From: a virus
Taxonomy: Duplodnaviria > Caudoviricetes
Direction: 5' to 3' (one strand)
IMG/VR virus record: IMGVR_UViG_3300020141_000500
Location: 1 to 61,699 of that record
Length of the DNA: 61,699 bases
The position numbers were made by a program, and so were the translations under genes. Below, one piece after another: positions 1 through 9,365 of the stretch (within the stretch, counting starts at the first letter, position 1; each line of letters opens with the position of its first letter). The notes beneath the pieces were generated by a model, which did no database searches, had not been told where the DNA came from, and saw only the letters and a program-made list of their open reading frames with translations.

Positions 1-1
1 A

Positions 2-135
2 ACTCCCACAGATACGCCAACGCCAACGCCAACGCCAACTCCCACAGATACGCCAACGCCAACACCAACGCCAACTCCCACAGATACGCCAACGCCAACA
101 CCAACGCCAACTCCCACAGATACGCCAACGCCAAC
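2..135 (+). repeat. 36-bp coding tandem repeat, about 3.7 copies ([12 protein letters not shown])
   Basis: Units start at 2, 38, 74 and 110 with actcccacagatacgccaacgccaac. Confidence 0.9.
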
Positions 136-439
136 ATACAATTTGGCAATTGATCCCGTTTTGCACGGAGTTGCCACTTTTGGTCTTGGACCAGAATATG
201 TGATACCGTATAATTATAAATTTGTAAACGGTGAAAAGGTGATGTTGACCTGCACACAAAATCATTATAGTTTTGACTATTATGAAATTCGTTATCCCAT
301 AACCATTGCAAATTCAAATTTTTGGTTTGTGACAAATCTAGGTTTTACCGCATCATTTGACCCAAGAACAGAAGTTTCTCTCAATTATAATGGAGATATT
401 GTTGGAAAGAACTCTCTTATTATAGCAAGATATAGATAA
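2..439 (+). CDS. 5'-truncated Pro/Thr-repeat protein (probable fibre/decoration protein), C-terminal part
   Basis: The frame of ORF 143..439 stays open back to position 2 and reads [12 protein letters not shown] repeats, so the TTG at 143 is not the true start. Confidence 0.8.
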   Translation, partial: TPTDTPTPTPTPTPTDTPTPTPTPTPTDTPTPTPTPTPTDTPTPTYNLAIDPVLHGVATFGLGPEYVIPYNYKFVNGEKVMLTCTQNHYSFDYYEIRYPITIANSNFWFVTNLGFTASFDPRTEVSLNYNGDIVGKNSLIIARYR

Positions 440-462
440 GTTTCATATACTTATTCGTATAT

Positions 463-657
463 ATGAAACCTAATATCTCTGAAATTGGAAAAATTGTAAA
501 AGACATGACCAAAGATGTCACGTCTGCACCAAACTATAATGCAGCTGCTGCTGAAATTGTGAAGCAAGGTATTGTTGACAAGACCAATGCTCGCATGGGT
601 TATCAAACAGTTTTGACCAAGCCACTGGGTAGAGTAACACCACCAAAGACATTATAA
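463..657 (+). CDS. hypothetical protein, 64 aa
   Basis: ATG ORF fills the gap between neighbours; ATACTTAT motif at 447-454. Confidence 0.7.
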   Translation: MKPNISEIGKIVKDMTKDVTSAPNYNAAAAEIVKQGIVDKTNARMGYQTVLTKPLGRVTPPKTL

Positions 658-700
658 AGTTGGTGCGATATAATCGCGGTATAGGCATATATTTATATGT

Positions 701-1582
701 ATGAGCAAACCTAGACTGCCATTAGACATAGAGTTTTTATTAGAAAACGTTTTAGATGAAACGCCGGACACTGTATATAATCAAGACGACGAATGGGTTG
801 CTGATTATAAGGACCGTGACGGTGTTGCGTTTATGCTAACTCCAAATTTTTCTGCTATATGTAGACGCGGAGTTCATTTTGACATTGTTGACGCTTTAAG
901 ATTTGCATATAACAATTTAGATAAACTAGAAAACGATGTTGCATTAAAAGACGAATTAAAATTTTGGTCTGTAAAAGTGGCAAACTTAAAAGGTTTGCGT
1001 AACGATTTAAAATCCGGACCAATGGCTGATTATTTTAGCAAACCAAAAAGTTCCGAAGCAGTTTCTGTTAGAAAAATTCCGGGTACAATCTCCGGTCGTC
1101 TTTGGATTAATAGAAAAATAATTTCATTTTGGAACAACTCAAAAACAGTTGTAAAAAACTGGGATATGGTAAAGGATCTTTTTATTGAAAATAGTTTGAT
1201 GGTTGGAAAATTGGAAAATTATAGAGTTGATTGGATAGAACGAGCTTTAAATAGTCGAGGCAGTCCTATGACACCGGCTGGCAGTGTGACAAGTGACACT
1301 AAAAAAGATGATCCAAATCAAGGCGACTTTATAGCAAAACTTTTTGGTGATAAAAATAAACTACAATCACTTCCTCAAGAAAAACTGGATGATATTGTAA
1401 AAAAAATTCATCTATTATCACCAGCAAAAAAAAGAGAAGCATTGCTGGCAATGGGATATAAAAATATTAAGGCTATAGAGATTGCTGAAATACTTGGTAT
1501 GACCGTGGCAGAGTTCAATAATATAATGAACGTCAACGAGTCAATAAAGTTGAGCGAGATTGTTAAAAAATTACAAAAATAA
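701..1582 (+). CDS. hypothetical protein, one copy of an E-[TSD]-PD...GR[LI]W...SFW domain; paralog of 1670..3406
   Basis: N-terminus MSKPRLPLDIEFLLE and C-terminus KKREALLAMGYKNIKAIEIA..LGMTVAEFNNIMNVNE are nearly identical to the next gene; ATATTTATA at 689-697. Confidence 0.85.
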   Translation: MSKPRLPLDIEFLLENVLDETPDTVYNQDDEWVADYKDRDGVAFMLTPNFSAICRRGVHFDIVDALRFAYNNLDKLENDVALKDELKFWSVKVANLKGLRNDLKSGPMADYFSKPKSSEAVSVRKIPGTISGRLWINRKIISFWNNSKTVVKNWDMVKDLFIENSLMVGKLENYRVDWIERALNSRGSPMTPAGSVTSDTKKDDPNQGDFIAKLFGDKNKLQSLPQEKLDDIVKKIHLLSPAKKREALLAMGYKNIKAIEIAEILGMTVAEFNNIMNVNESIKLSEIVKKLQK

Positions 1583-1586
1583 ATTT

Positions 1587-1664
1587 ATGTCAAAGTATAT
1601 AAGACCATATGGCAATCCAAACGGAAACGTGTTTGGCAAACTCGGTGAAACATTATATACATAA
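1587..1664 (+). pseudogene. 25-codon relic of the fibre N-terminal module
   Basis: Translates as MSKYIRPYGNPNGNVFGKLGETLYT*, matching the starts of 3410 (YGNPNGQIFGTIG) and 5047 (GSVFGKLGE). Confidence 0.75.
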
Positions 1665-1669
1665 AATAT

Positions 1670-3406
1670 ATGAACAAACCTAGATTGCCATTTGATATAG
1701 AATTTTTGTTGGAAAGTATATTATATGAATCTCCTGACAGAATTGATTTGTCAGGAAATTCAAATGATAAAACAAAAAAATCTGATGCAGAAAGACTAAA
1801 CAGTCTTGGTGCAGCTGTGCCAAAAACTGGTGCAACATTCAAATATTTATCTGATGATGATTATGCGTTTTTCTTTGATGTTGAAACTGGTGTAATAATG
1901 TATGCAGAAAAAAATACCCATGGCAGCATGGAGGAAATGTTGCAAAATGCCGCACACAAAGCCACTTTATATGCCGCCACGTTCAAAAACATGTATAACA
2001 TCAAACGTGATGTGTTTGGTAATATATCTGCATATTCATACCACGAGAAAGAGGATGACGGTGATGATGCAGCAACTGTGGGGTTTGTTGGATTGCAGCA
2101 ACAAGGTGATGATGTTGAAACAGTTAGAAATTATTTACACAACAACAGAATACGTTTTCGTCAATTGAATATTCGAGGTAACTGGGACGATTCAGCCACT
2201 GTTCCGGCTGGTAGAATTTGGGTCAAAAAAAATGCAATTAGTTTTTGGAACAGCAAGGATGAAATTGTAAATGAAAATTTCCAACGTGTTGAAAAGTTGA
2301 TGAGTGCAATGAAACTTGATAAAACAAAGTTTGCTTATGAATTTATAGACACGAAAGGTTTGTTTGCATATTCAGAACTTGTGGGCAATTCAAACAAAGA
2401 AAAATTGAGTCCTGAAGAAATAAAAAAACTATTGGCGGCTCAACATCTGGATTCAAAAGCAAAGAAAAAATTGGCTGGATCAACATATAAAGCAGATCAC
2501 TTGAAAAAAGGTGCCAAAGGATTTGATTATGCTGCTCAAGCAAATGCAGCTGTACCAGCACTGGAAGGTCATATCAAACTAAAAGATTTGATAAATGAAG
2601 ATCCGGACGAAGTGGTTGATATGACAGGTCAAGAAATTTCTGACTGGACAGATGCAGATGCTGTTGCTTTTATTATCACAGAAAAATGCAGCATCATCAA
2701 TATGGGTGGAGTGCACAGTGACATTATGGATGCAATGGAAAATTTGTATATATATTTACTGGACCGCCCAAGTGCCAACGACGCAAGTTTGCAAAGAAGA
2801 CTTGAAAAGAATGGCATGGCTACCGACAATATAGTTGCGTTAAGAGAATTGTTGACGCAACCAAGTGCATTTCATGAATATTTAAAAAATGGTGGCAGAT
2901 CCGGAAACCAAGGTATCAATGTCAGAACCATACAAGGAACAATTTTTGGTCGTTTGTGGTATAGAAAGAAATTGATGAGTTTTTGGATCACTACACAAAA
3001 AGTTGTGAAAAATTGGAATTGGGTAAAAAACTTTTTCAACAACATGAACAAATTAACTGGAAACTTGAATGATTATGAAATTGATTGGTTGGAAAGAAGT
3101 CGTAATGCATCAATGACGCCATTGACCAAAGCAAGTGATGTTGATGCCAACACTGGCAAGCCAGATGCAAATCAAAAAGATTTTATTTCTACACTGTTTG
3201 GTGATGTAGAAAAAATCAAATCATTGCCACCAGAAGAAATTGAAAAATTGAATAAAAAAATTCATCTATTACCACCATCAAAAAAACGTGAAGCATTGTT
3301 GGCAATGGGATACAAAAATATAAAAGCAATTGAAATTGCAGATGCACTTGGCATGACTGTGGCAGAATTTAATAACATCATGAATGTGAATGAAGGAGAT
3401 ATATAA
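1670..3406 (+). CDS. hypothetical protein with two tandem copies of the same domain as 701..1582
   Basis: Copy 1 ESPD...GRIWVKKNAISFW and copy 2 EDPD...GRLWYRKKLMSFW are joined by IKLKDLINE (2573-2599). Confidence 0.85.
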   Translation: MNKPRLPFDIEFLLESILYESPDRIDLSGNSNDKTKKSDAERLNSLGAAVPKTGATFKYLSDDDYAFFFDVETGVIMYAEKNTHGSMEEMLQNAAHKATLYAATFKNMYNIKRDVFGNISAYSYHEKEDDGDDAATVGFVGLQQQGDDVETVRNYLHNNRIRFRQLNIRGNWDDSATVPAGRIWVKKNAISFWNSKDEIVNENFQRVEKLMSAMKLDKTKFAYEFIDTKGLFAYSELVGNSNKEKLSPEEIKKLLAAQHLDSKAKKKLAGSTYKADHLKKGAKGFDYAAQANAAVPALEGHIKLKDLINEDPDEVVDMTGQEISDWTDADAVAFIITEKCSIINMGGVHSDIMDAMENLYIYLLDRPSANDASLQRRLEKNGMATDNIVALRELLTQPSAFHEYLKNGGRSGNQGINVRTIQGTIFGRLWYRKKLMSFWITTQKVVKNWNWVKNFFNNMNKLTGNLNDYEIDWLERSRNASMTPLTKASDVDANTGKPDANQKDFISTLFGDVEKIKSLPPEEIEKLNKKIHLLPPSKKREALLAMGYKNIKAIEIADALGMTVAEFNNIMNVNEGDI

Positions 3407-3409
3407 TTT

Positions 3410-4366
3410 ATGGTAAGAACAATACCACTATATGGAAATCCAAATGGCCAAATTTTTGGTACAATAGGTTCATTGATAGAAATGAACGATGGATTGAAAT
3501 ATGTGAAAATATCCGGAGATTCTTCCAATGTTGGATGGCAAGTGTATAATGTTGCACCAACACCCACGCCTACGCCTACGCCAACTGCAACGCCAACTCC
3601 GACTGCAACGCCAACTCCGACGCCAACTCCGACGCCTACACCAACGACGGGTGGATCAACGCCAACGCCAACGCCAACAACATCAACGCTGTCAATAACA
3701 TATCAAACTCCGGATAATCAAACAGTGAGTGTTGGTTATTCGGTAGCGGGTGCTACTGTTTACGCTCCGGCTGGAGGAGCGTACACGGTGACTTGGGTAG
3801 TTTGGAACGGTAATGGTAGCCACAGTCCTAGAACTGTTTCAACTATCGGCGGAACTTTAACTGCGGGTGCGATACAAGGTTTTTCCGGTCCATCTGCAAT
3901 CGACGGTACTTTCACGGACAATGGTTCTGTCCACTACAACGACAGTGGTGGGGCGGGGTATTATAAATTTACAATAACTGTTGGTGCTGTTTCTATAAAT
4001 ACCGGATTTATTAGAGTAAATACACAAACCGTGACACTGGTTGGCACAGAGGAATGCAACTGCGCGTGCAAGGATGGTGGGGGTAACGTGGTTGGAACTT
4101 GGACACAGGGTGATACAATTTGCGAAGATGATTGCTGCAACTATGACTGCGATAATAACGGTGTGGGTTGCGTGGATGTGACCGGTGACATATCGCAATG
4201 CTGTAAGCGTTGTTGTGGCGGCGTTGATGAATATGACAACTGCGATTCTGCTGGTACGGCGTGCGGTCTGAAGTGCTACACTGACTGGTATTGCACCAGT
4301 GGAGATCGTATTTGCGAAACGTGCGATGTTTATGGATATGGTACTGTGAACAATCCACAGTTTTAA
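3410..4366 (+). CDS. putative fibre/decoration protein: N-terminal GxPxG...YxK...NxGW module, PT linker, beta-rich domain, Cys-rich C-terminus
   Basis: Long (PT)n run; 18 Cys in the region 4055-4324. Confidence 0.7.
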   Translation: MVRTIPLYGNPNGQIFGTIGSLIEMNDGLKYVKISGDSSNVGWQVYNVAPTPTPTPTPTATPTPTATPTPTPTPTPTPTTGGSTPTPTPTTSTLSITYQTPDNQTVSVGYSVAGATVYAPAGGAYTVTWVVWNGNGSHSPRTVSTIGGTLTAGAIQGFSGPSAIDGTFTDNGSVHYNDSGGAGYYKFTITVGAVSINTGFIRVNTQTVTLVGTEECNCACKDGGGNVVGTWTQGDTICEDDCCNYDCDNNGVGCVDVTGDISQCCKRCCGGVDEYDNCDSAGTACGLKCYTDWYCTSGDRICETCDVYGYGTVNNPQF

Positions 4367-4378
4367 TAAAAATTATTT

Positions 4379-5005
4379 ATGAACCCAGAAAATACAGACA
4401 ACAAAAATTTCCCATCATTGTTTGTTCAGGCTGAAAATTTAGTAAAGCAAGCAATATCCAGCGGCACAGACGCTTTGAAAGGAAAGCCGTTGGTCGCATC
4501 CACAGAAAAAGCCAAAGCTAGGCTGGACATATGTGCTGCATGTGAATTTTTTCATCAGGGCCGTTGCTTAAAATGTGGATGTTTTATGAATAAAAAAGCT
4601 CATTTGGAATCTGCCCAATGCCCACTAAACAAGTGGGGAGATTTGCAAAACCCATATTTACAGAAGTCAATCGCTGTGAACATTGATGATTTTCCTTCGC
4701 AAGAAAGAGAAACTATTCTTGCAATAGCCAATCATGCTGCTGATATTGGTAATACATTTTATCATAACAATATACCTTACAAGTCAAAGAAAAATGAAGA
4801 TGGTGGTGTGAGTATATTTTTATACAACAATGAACCAAGGCGGCACACAGGAACTATTACTTCGGGTTTTACTGCCGAAGAATTGATAGAATTTAACCAA
4901 TTGGTTCGAACATCAAAAAACACAGAAGATAAAGTGTTTTCTTTCAAAGACTCAAATTATAAAATCACCGTTGATGGAAACAAAATATCCATAAAGTATG
5001 CTTAA
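4379..5005 (+). CDS. Cys-cluster protein (DUF6171-like, CxxC...CxxCGC...CPxxKW)
   Basis: RLDICAACEF...RCLKCGCFM...CPLNKW motif. Confidence 0.65.
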   Translation: MNPENTDNKNFPSLFVQAENLVKQAISSGTDALKGKPLVASTEKAKARLDICAACEFFHQGRCLKCGCFMNKKAHLESAQCPLNKWGDLQNPYLQKSIAVNIDDFPSQERETILAIANHAADIGNTFYHNNIPYKSKKNEDGGVSIFLYNNEPRRHTGTITSGFTAEELIEFNQLVRTSKNTEDKVFSFKDSNYKITVDGNKISIKYA

Positions 5006-5046
5006 TATATTAACTATTGATTATCGCGACGGCATTATCACAATTT

Positions 5047-6462
5047 ATGTCTAACACAATTGCATCACATGGAGCACCATCGGGTAGCGTATTTGGAAAA
5101 CTTGGAGAAATTATTGGCACAGACGAAGGACTCGCTTATCTAAAACGAGAATTTGATTCTCGTAATATTGGCTGGGGAGATCCGTATGTTTCAACCACAA
5201 CACCGACGCCAACTCCCACCCCAACGCCAACTCCAACAACTGGTGGAAACACGTTTCCACCGTTTTCTTGCGATGAAATACAAGTCACCGGTTCAACAAA
5301 ATGCTATGGTAATGAAGTAAAGTTGGTGTGGCGATTGGACTCACAATCTGTTACAACATGCAGCCTGAGTTGGGACCGTGCCGCAACAGCACTTGATCCT
5401 GTGGTTTTCGGTGGAAATGTAGTCGCAGCAACATTAACAAGTGGACAACAATCTTATATATTTAAATCAACTAAACAGGCTGACACATATATTATTTCAT
5501 ATATGCGCACAACAAATGTTCCAGATACTGTAAGAATGCAGGTGCGTACATCTTTTCCGTCGCGTGCCGTGAAAAAGGCACAACTATTTTCATATCGTTC
5601 TGGTTCATACACAACAAATTTGAAAGTTTTTAATGCTTTTGGATATTATCAATATCATACCAGAAATCTTACTACAGGTGGATCTGATAATGTCAGTCAA
5701 ATTATCAGTGGCTCCGTAACTCAATTTTTAACAGGTTCTGGAGCATTTCCATGTGTTGATTTGTTGGAAGTTGTGAGTTATGATGATGTTTTTTCATTTG
5801 ATCCAGAAGATGTTGTGGACTGTGTTGCCGCACCAACTCCAACTCCAACAGCAACGCCAACAGCAACGCCAACGTCCACTCCGACACCAACACCAACGCC
5901 GACACCAACTCCAACAGCAACTGCGGGTGGATCAACCCCAACGCCGACACCAACTGGTGGAACAACCCCAACACCGACTCCCACACCAACAGCAACGCCT
6001 ACGCCTACGCCTACGGCAACGCCTACACCGACGCCAACGGCCACTCCGGTTCCAAGTCAACGAATATGGATGGACTATGATTCGGTTGGTCGAGTATCTG
6101 CATCGTGGGAGAATTCCGGTGGAGGATCGACGAATGTGTCTTCAACTGGAACTCCATACACCACTGCTGTTGACGGAGTTTGTATTGTTCAAAATTCATT
6201 GCGTCTTGTGTATGGAACAAATTTGAGAACTTCCGCATGTGCATCAACATCAGACCCAAGAAACGATGCTTCGCGTCAAATTGATGCAACTTGCAATCAG
6301 CAGGGTTATTACAATTTTGATTATACCGACTCGTATGGTGTAACCAGAAACGCAAGTAGCACGTCCGGAACTCCAAATGGAAAAGTATATTCTGTTGCGT
6401 GTGGAGTTGCGATAACAGCCCAGTACACAGGAACCGCTGCCACGTCATCTCGTGTTTGTTAA
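5047..6462 (+). CDS. putative fibre/decoration protein with the same N-terminal module as 3410 and two PT linkers
   Basis: ATG at 5047 aligns with the start of 3410 ([13 protein letters not shown]...YLK...NIGW); PT runs at about 5190-5240 and 5830-6050. Confidence 0.7.
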   Translation: MSNTIASHGAPSGSVFGKLGEIIGTDEGLAYLKREFDSRNIGWGDPYVSTTTPTPTPTPTPTPTTGGNTFPPFSCDEIQVTGSTKCYGNEVKLVWRLDSQSVTTCSLSWDRAATALDPVVFGGNVVAATLTSGQQSYIFKSTKQADTYIISYMRTTNVPDTVRMQVRTSFPSRAVKKAQLFSYRSGSYTTNLKVFNAFGYYQYHTRNLTTGGSDNVSQIISGSVTQFLTGSGAFPCVDLLEVVSYDDVFSFDPEDVVDCVAAPTPTPTATPTATPTSTPTPTPTPTPTPTATAGGSTPTPTPTGGTTPTPTPTPTATPTPTPTATPTPTPTATPVPSQRIWMDYDSVGRVSASWENSGGGSTNVSSTGTPYTTAVDGVCIVQNSLRLVYGTNLRTSACASTSDPRNDASRQIDATCNQQGYYNFDYTDSYGVTRNASSTSGTPNGKVYSVACGVAITAQYTGTAATSSRVC

Positions 6463-6644
6463 TACTTTATAGTAAATAATGTACGGCACAATCCTTTGAT
6501 ATAAAACATAGGATTTCTCTTTAAATATATACATTTTATTATGCACAAACAATGCATACCAGCATGCCTCATTCTATCAAAAAATGTGTATATACTATTT
6601 TTCACTTGGGGTTATTATAAATAGTATATTTACGAAAAAAGTGG

Positions 6645-6673
6645 TTGACTTTTATTAAATGTGCGGACAGTAT
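6645..6673 (+). promoter_or_regulatory. sigma70-like promoter candidate (TTGACT-17-CAGTAT)
   Basis: Good -35 box and weak -10 box; ATG follows at 6681. Confidence 0.45.
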
Positions 6674-6680
6674 ATACAAG

Positions 6681-6869
6681 ATGAATAAAACATCCAATAC
6701 AACTAAACAAACTCGCGGCGTTGGTCGTCCCAAGAACAATGTTTCTGTAGACACTGAACAGCCTGTTAAGATGGTTGGTCTACCAGCCATGATTGAGCCC
6801 ACAATTCATGACATTACAGACGAACTGTCTATGCTCGACAGTTATGCCTATTCTCAGTATAACGACTAA
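6681..6869 (+). CDS. small hypothetical protein with AT-hook-like GRP motif
   Basis: ATG at 6681 preferred to the TTG inside the -35 box; contains RGVGRPK. Confidence 0.65.
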   Translation: MNKTSNTTKQTRGVGRPKNNVSVDTEQPVKMVGLPAMIEPTIHDITDELSMLDSYAYSQYND

Positions 6870-6884
6870 AAAAAAACAAAAAGT

Positions 6885-7079
6885 ATGCAAAATAACACAG
6901 TTGACAATCAAACTGAAACTACAATGTATGCCATTTTTCGGAACGGCATCCGCGTGAGCGATTCGGAGTATGACTCCAAGCTAGACGCCCAAAGGGAGTA
7001 TGAGTATTGGGCGGGTATTATCAAGCGTAATCCGGATGGTAGCAAGCTTGATGTTCGTCAACTCAACTATCGTCGTTAA
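6885..7079 (+). CDS. small hypothetical protein, 64 aa
   Basis: ATG ORF closely packed in an operon. Confidence 0.7.
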   Translation: MQNNTVDNQTETTMYAIFRNGIRVSDSEYDSKLDAQREYEYWAGIIKRNPDGSKLDVRQLNYRR

Positions 7080-7082
7080 TTT

Positions 7083-7286
7083 ATGAATGGACTAAAGCAA
7101 AAAATCCTGCTGGCAACCTCCGAGGACGAGGTGAAAAGTCTGCTGGCAGAAGGTAAAACATACGAGTTTGCCAGTCGCAGGACTCGCAACTCGTGGGTAA
7201 ATGCAGCACGCAGAAAGTCTGCTGGTGAGAAGTATGTTGCCACCAAGACCGAGAGGCCCAAGAAAAAGGCTCGCCGTAGCCGATAA
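7083..7286 (+). CDS. small basic hypothetical protein, 67 aa
   Basis: ATG ORF with K/R-rich tail, followed by a terminator. Confidence 0.7.
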   Translation: MNGLKQKILLATSEDEVKSLLAEGKTYEFASRRTRNSWVNAARRKSAGEKYVATKTERPKKKARRSR

Positions 7287-7291
7287 AATAT

Positions 7292-7320
7292 AGGGGAGCA
7301 TATGCTCCCCTTTTTTATTT
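7292..7320 (+). terminator. intrinsic terminator
   Basis: Palindrome aggggagcatatgctcccct followed by a T tract. Confidence 0.85.
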
Positions 7321-7776
7321 ATGAAAAAATTGAACAATAAAGATTTCGATTGGTTGTCAATGCAACTTTTGAGCGTCAATCCATTGTTTGATGGTATGTG
7401 GAAAACATTTGAACATATGGTATTTAACAAAGACACTGAGAGTGTTGAGTTAGAAATACACAACAATAATTTTAGAATTGTTGCTAATCCAAATTTTTGG
7501 AAGAAATGCAACGATACAAAAAAAGTATTTGTTATTTGCCATGAAATGTGTCATGTTATGTTTGGTCATTGGCTAATCAATCCAAAGCATGACAGAGAAT
7601 GGTCAAACATAGCACAAGACATTGTAGTAAATGAATATCTTTCAACAATGTTTGATACAGAAAAAATTGGAGACGATTTTGTTACTATAAAAAGTGTATT
7701 CAAGCACAAATCCGACATGATTGAACGCAGAATGGATTATACTTATTATTATAAACTTTTGATGAAGTGTATATAA
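7321..7776 (+). CDS. putative metallopeptidase-like protein (HExxH; resembles DUF2201 N-terminal domain)
   Basis: FVICHEMCHVMFGH...NIAQDIVVNE motif. Confidence 0.65.
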   Translation: MKKLNNKDFDWLSMQLLSVNPLFDGMWKTFEHMVFNKDTESVELEIHNNNFRIVANPNFWKKCNDTKKVFVICHEMCHVMFGHWLINPKHDREWSNIAQDIVVNEYLSTMFDTEKIGDDFVTIKSVFKHKSDMIERRMDYTYYYKLLMKCI

Positions 7777-7851
7777 TAGTTACGGCAGTTCCTAAACTTT
7801 TTGCTTTGTCAACTAAATTAGGTTCTTTTCTATTTTCCATGATACTTATAT

Positions 7852-8232
7852 GTGGTGCTAAATCCAAATAAAAAAATCAATATTCCAAAAGAATTTACGC
7901 TACTTGGACACAAATATACCGTAGTTATAAAAAAAGATTTGTTTGAAACAGAAGATTGTTACGGAAACGCGGACGAAGACTTGAAGTTGATTCAAATTCA
8001 AGATTTGGGAGAAGTAACAAAACGGTATAAAGAAGACGGCAAAATGGTGGAACGAAAGTTGATCATTACAGAAGAAACAATGATAGAAACATTTTTTCAC
8101 GAAGTTGTGCATATTATATTGGATTCCACAGGGGAACTAAAACTTTCTCAGAACGAAAAATTTGTTAATATGATGGGTAAAGCATGGCTAGAGATATATT
8201 TATCTTCAGTATATGAAAAAGACTCCGCGTAA
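7852..8232 (+). CDS. small HExxH phage protein (zincin-like)
   Basis: ETFFHEVVHIIL...NEKFV; GTG start after ATACTTATA (7842-7850). Confidence 0.6.
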   Translation: MVLNPNKKINIPKEFTLLGHKYTVVIKKDLFETEDCYGNADEDLKLIQIQDLGEVTKRYKEDGKMVERKLIITEETMIETFFHEVVHIILDSTGELKLSQNEKFVNMMGKAWLEIYLSSVYEKDSA

Positions 8233-8584
8233 AAAGAAGTCTAATAAAGTTTTAAATTCAAAATATGAAGTTGTTGAACTTCCATGTGATAATTCCGAAA
8301 TGGAAAAGTATGTTCTGGAAAACAGAAAAGAAATAAATATCAATATTGTAAATACAATAGAGTATGCTATATCAAACAAACTTGGAGGAATAGAATTATT
8401 CTGTTTTAAAAATTCAAGTTTTGTGGTGGTCTTGCAAAGAAAAGATTTCAAGGAAAGTTTAGAAACCGTCTTTGAGTTCAGTATGGACCATCAACAGTTT
8501 CAAATTTGTGCAAGAATTAAAAAAATCATAAGTAAATTGGATAAATTGAGTACTATATTCACATACAAAAAAATAAAAAAATAA
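8213..8584 (+). CDS. hypothetical protein, 123 aa
   Basis: ATG ORF coupled to phoH; ATATTTAT at 8196-8203. Confidence 0.7.
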   Translation: MKKTPRKKKSNKVLNSKYEVVELPCDNSEMEKYVLENRKEININIVNTIEYAISNKLGGIELFCFKNSSFVVVLQRKDFKESLETVFEFSMDHQQFQICARIKKIISKLDKLSTIFTYKKIKK

Positions 8585-8585
8585 T

Positions 8586-9365
8586 ATGTCAAAACAAAAA
8601 CGACTGAGCAACAAGAAGAAAAATAACGCACCAAGCCAAACTCCAACTTCATCTCAACAAACTACTAAAGATAAAAGTCCAGTCGTTCATCAAAGAAATA
8701 AAATAGATCATTATTTAACCATATTGCACAGAGAACTAACTCCAAAGCAGAAAGCTTTCATTGAGTTGGCAATGGATCGTAAAGTAAAACTGTTGCTCAT
8801 ATCTGGTCCGGCAGGTTCTACAAAAACATATTTGTCTGTACTAGCATCATTGATGCTCATGAATGAGAAAAAAGTAAGTGATATACTTTATGTAAGAAGT
8901 ATTGTTGAAAGTGCAGATGTTAAGATGGGTACATTGCCAGGTGAAGCCGAAGACAAATTGTCTCCATTCAAACGACCACTAATAGACAAAATGGATGAAC
9001 TTCTGCCAAAAGAAGATATTCAATATTTGATAAAAGAAAACAGAGTAGAAGGATTGCCAATTGGATATTTGAGAGGATTGAACTGGAATGCAAAAGCTGT
9101 GGTTGGTGATGAATTGCAGAATTGCACACAGAAAGAATTGATTACTATGATGACAAGAACTGGAGAATTTTGTAAAGTATTTATGTGCGGAGATCCACAG
9201 CAATCTGACATTGGAACAAGGTCTGGTTTCAGAGATATATTCAATCTGTTCAATGATGATGACAGCAAAGAAAATGGCATATATACATTTGAATTCACAG
9301 ATGATGATATTCTTCGCAGTGCATTGACCAAGTTTATTGTAAAAAAGATAAAGACCTTGGGATGA
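8586..9365 (+). CDS. phoH: PhoH-family ATPase
   Basis: GPAGSTKT, GTLPG...KLSP, YLRG, DELQN, MTRTG and GDPQQSD motifs. Confidence 0.9.
   Translation: MSKQKRLSNKKKNNAPSQTPTSSQQTTKDKSPVVHQRNKIDHYLTILHRELTPKQKAFIELAMDRKVKLLLISGPAGSTKTYLSVLASLMLMNEKKVSDILYVRSIVESADVKMGTLPGEAEDKLSPFKRPLIDKMDELLPKEDIQYLIKENRVEGLPIGYLRGLNWNAKAVVGDELQNCTQKELITMMTRTGEFCKVFMCGDPQQSDIGTRSGFRDIFNLFNDDDSKENGIYTFEFTDDDILRSALTKFIVKKIKTLG

Noticed and set aside
1-140. 36-bp repeats as a CRISPR array
   Set aside because: The units are contiguous with no unique spacers and encode Thr/Pro in frame.
5705-6226. Antisense and alternate-frame ORFs with VG, Q/R or L-rich repeats (also at 10917-11941 and 20149-20460)
   Set aside because: They are shadows of stop-free PT-coding repeats in the real + strand genes.
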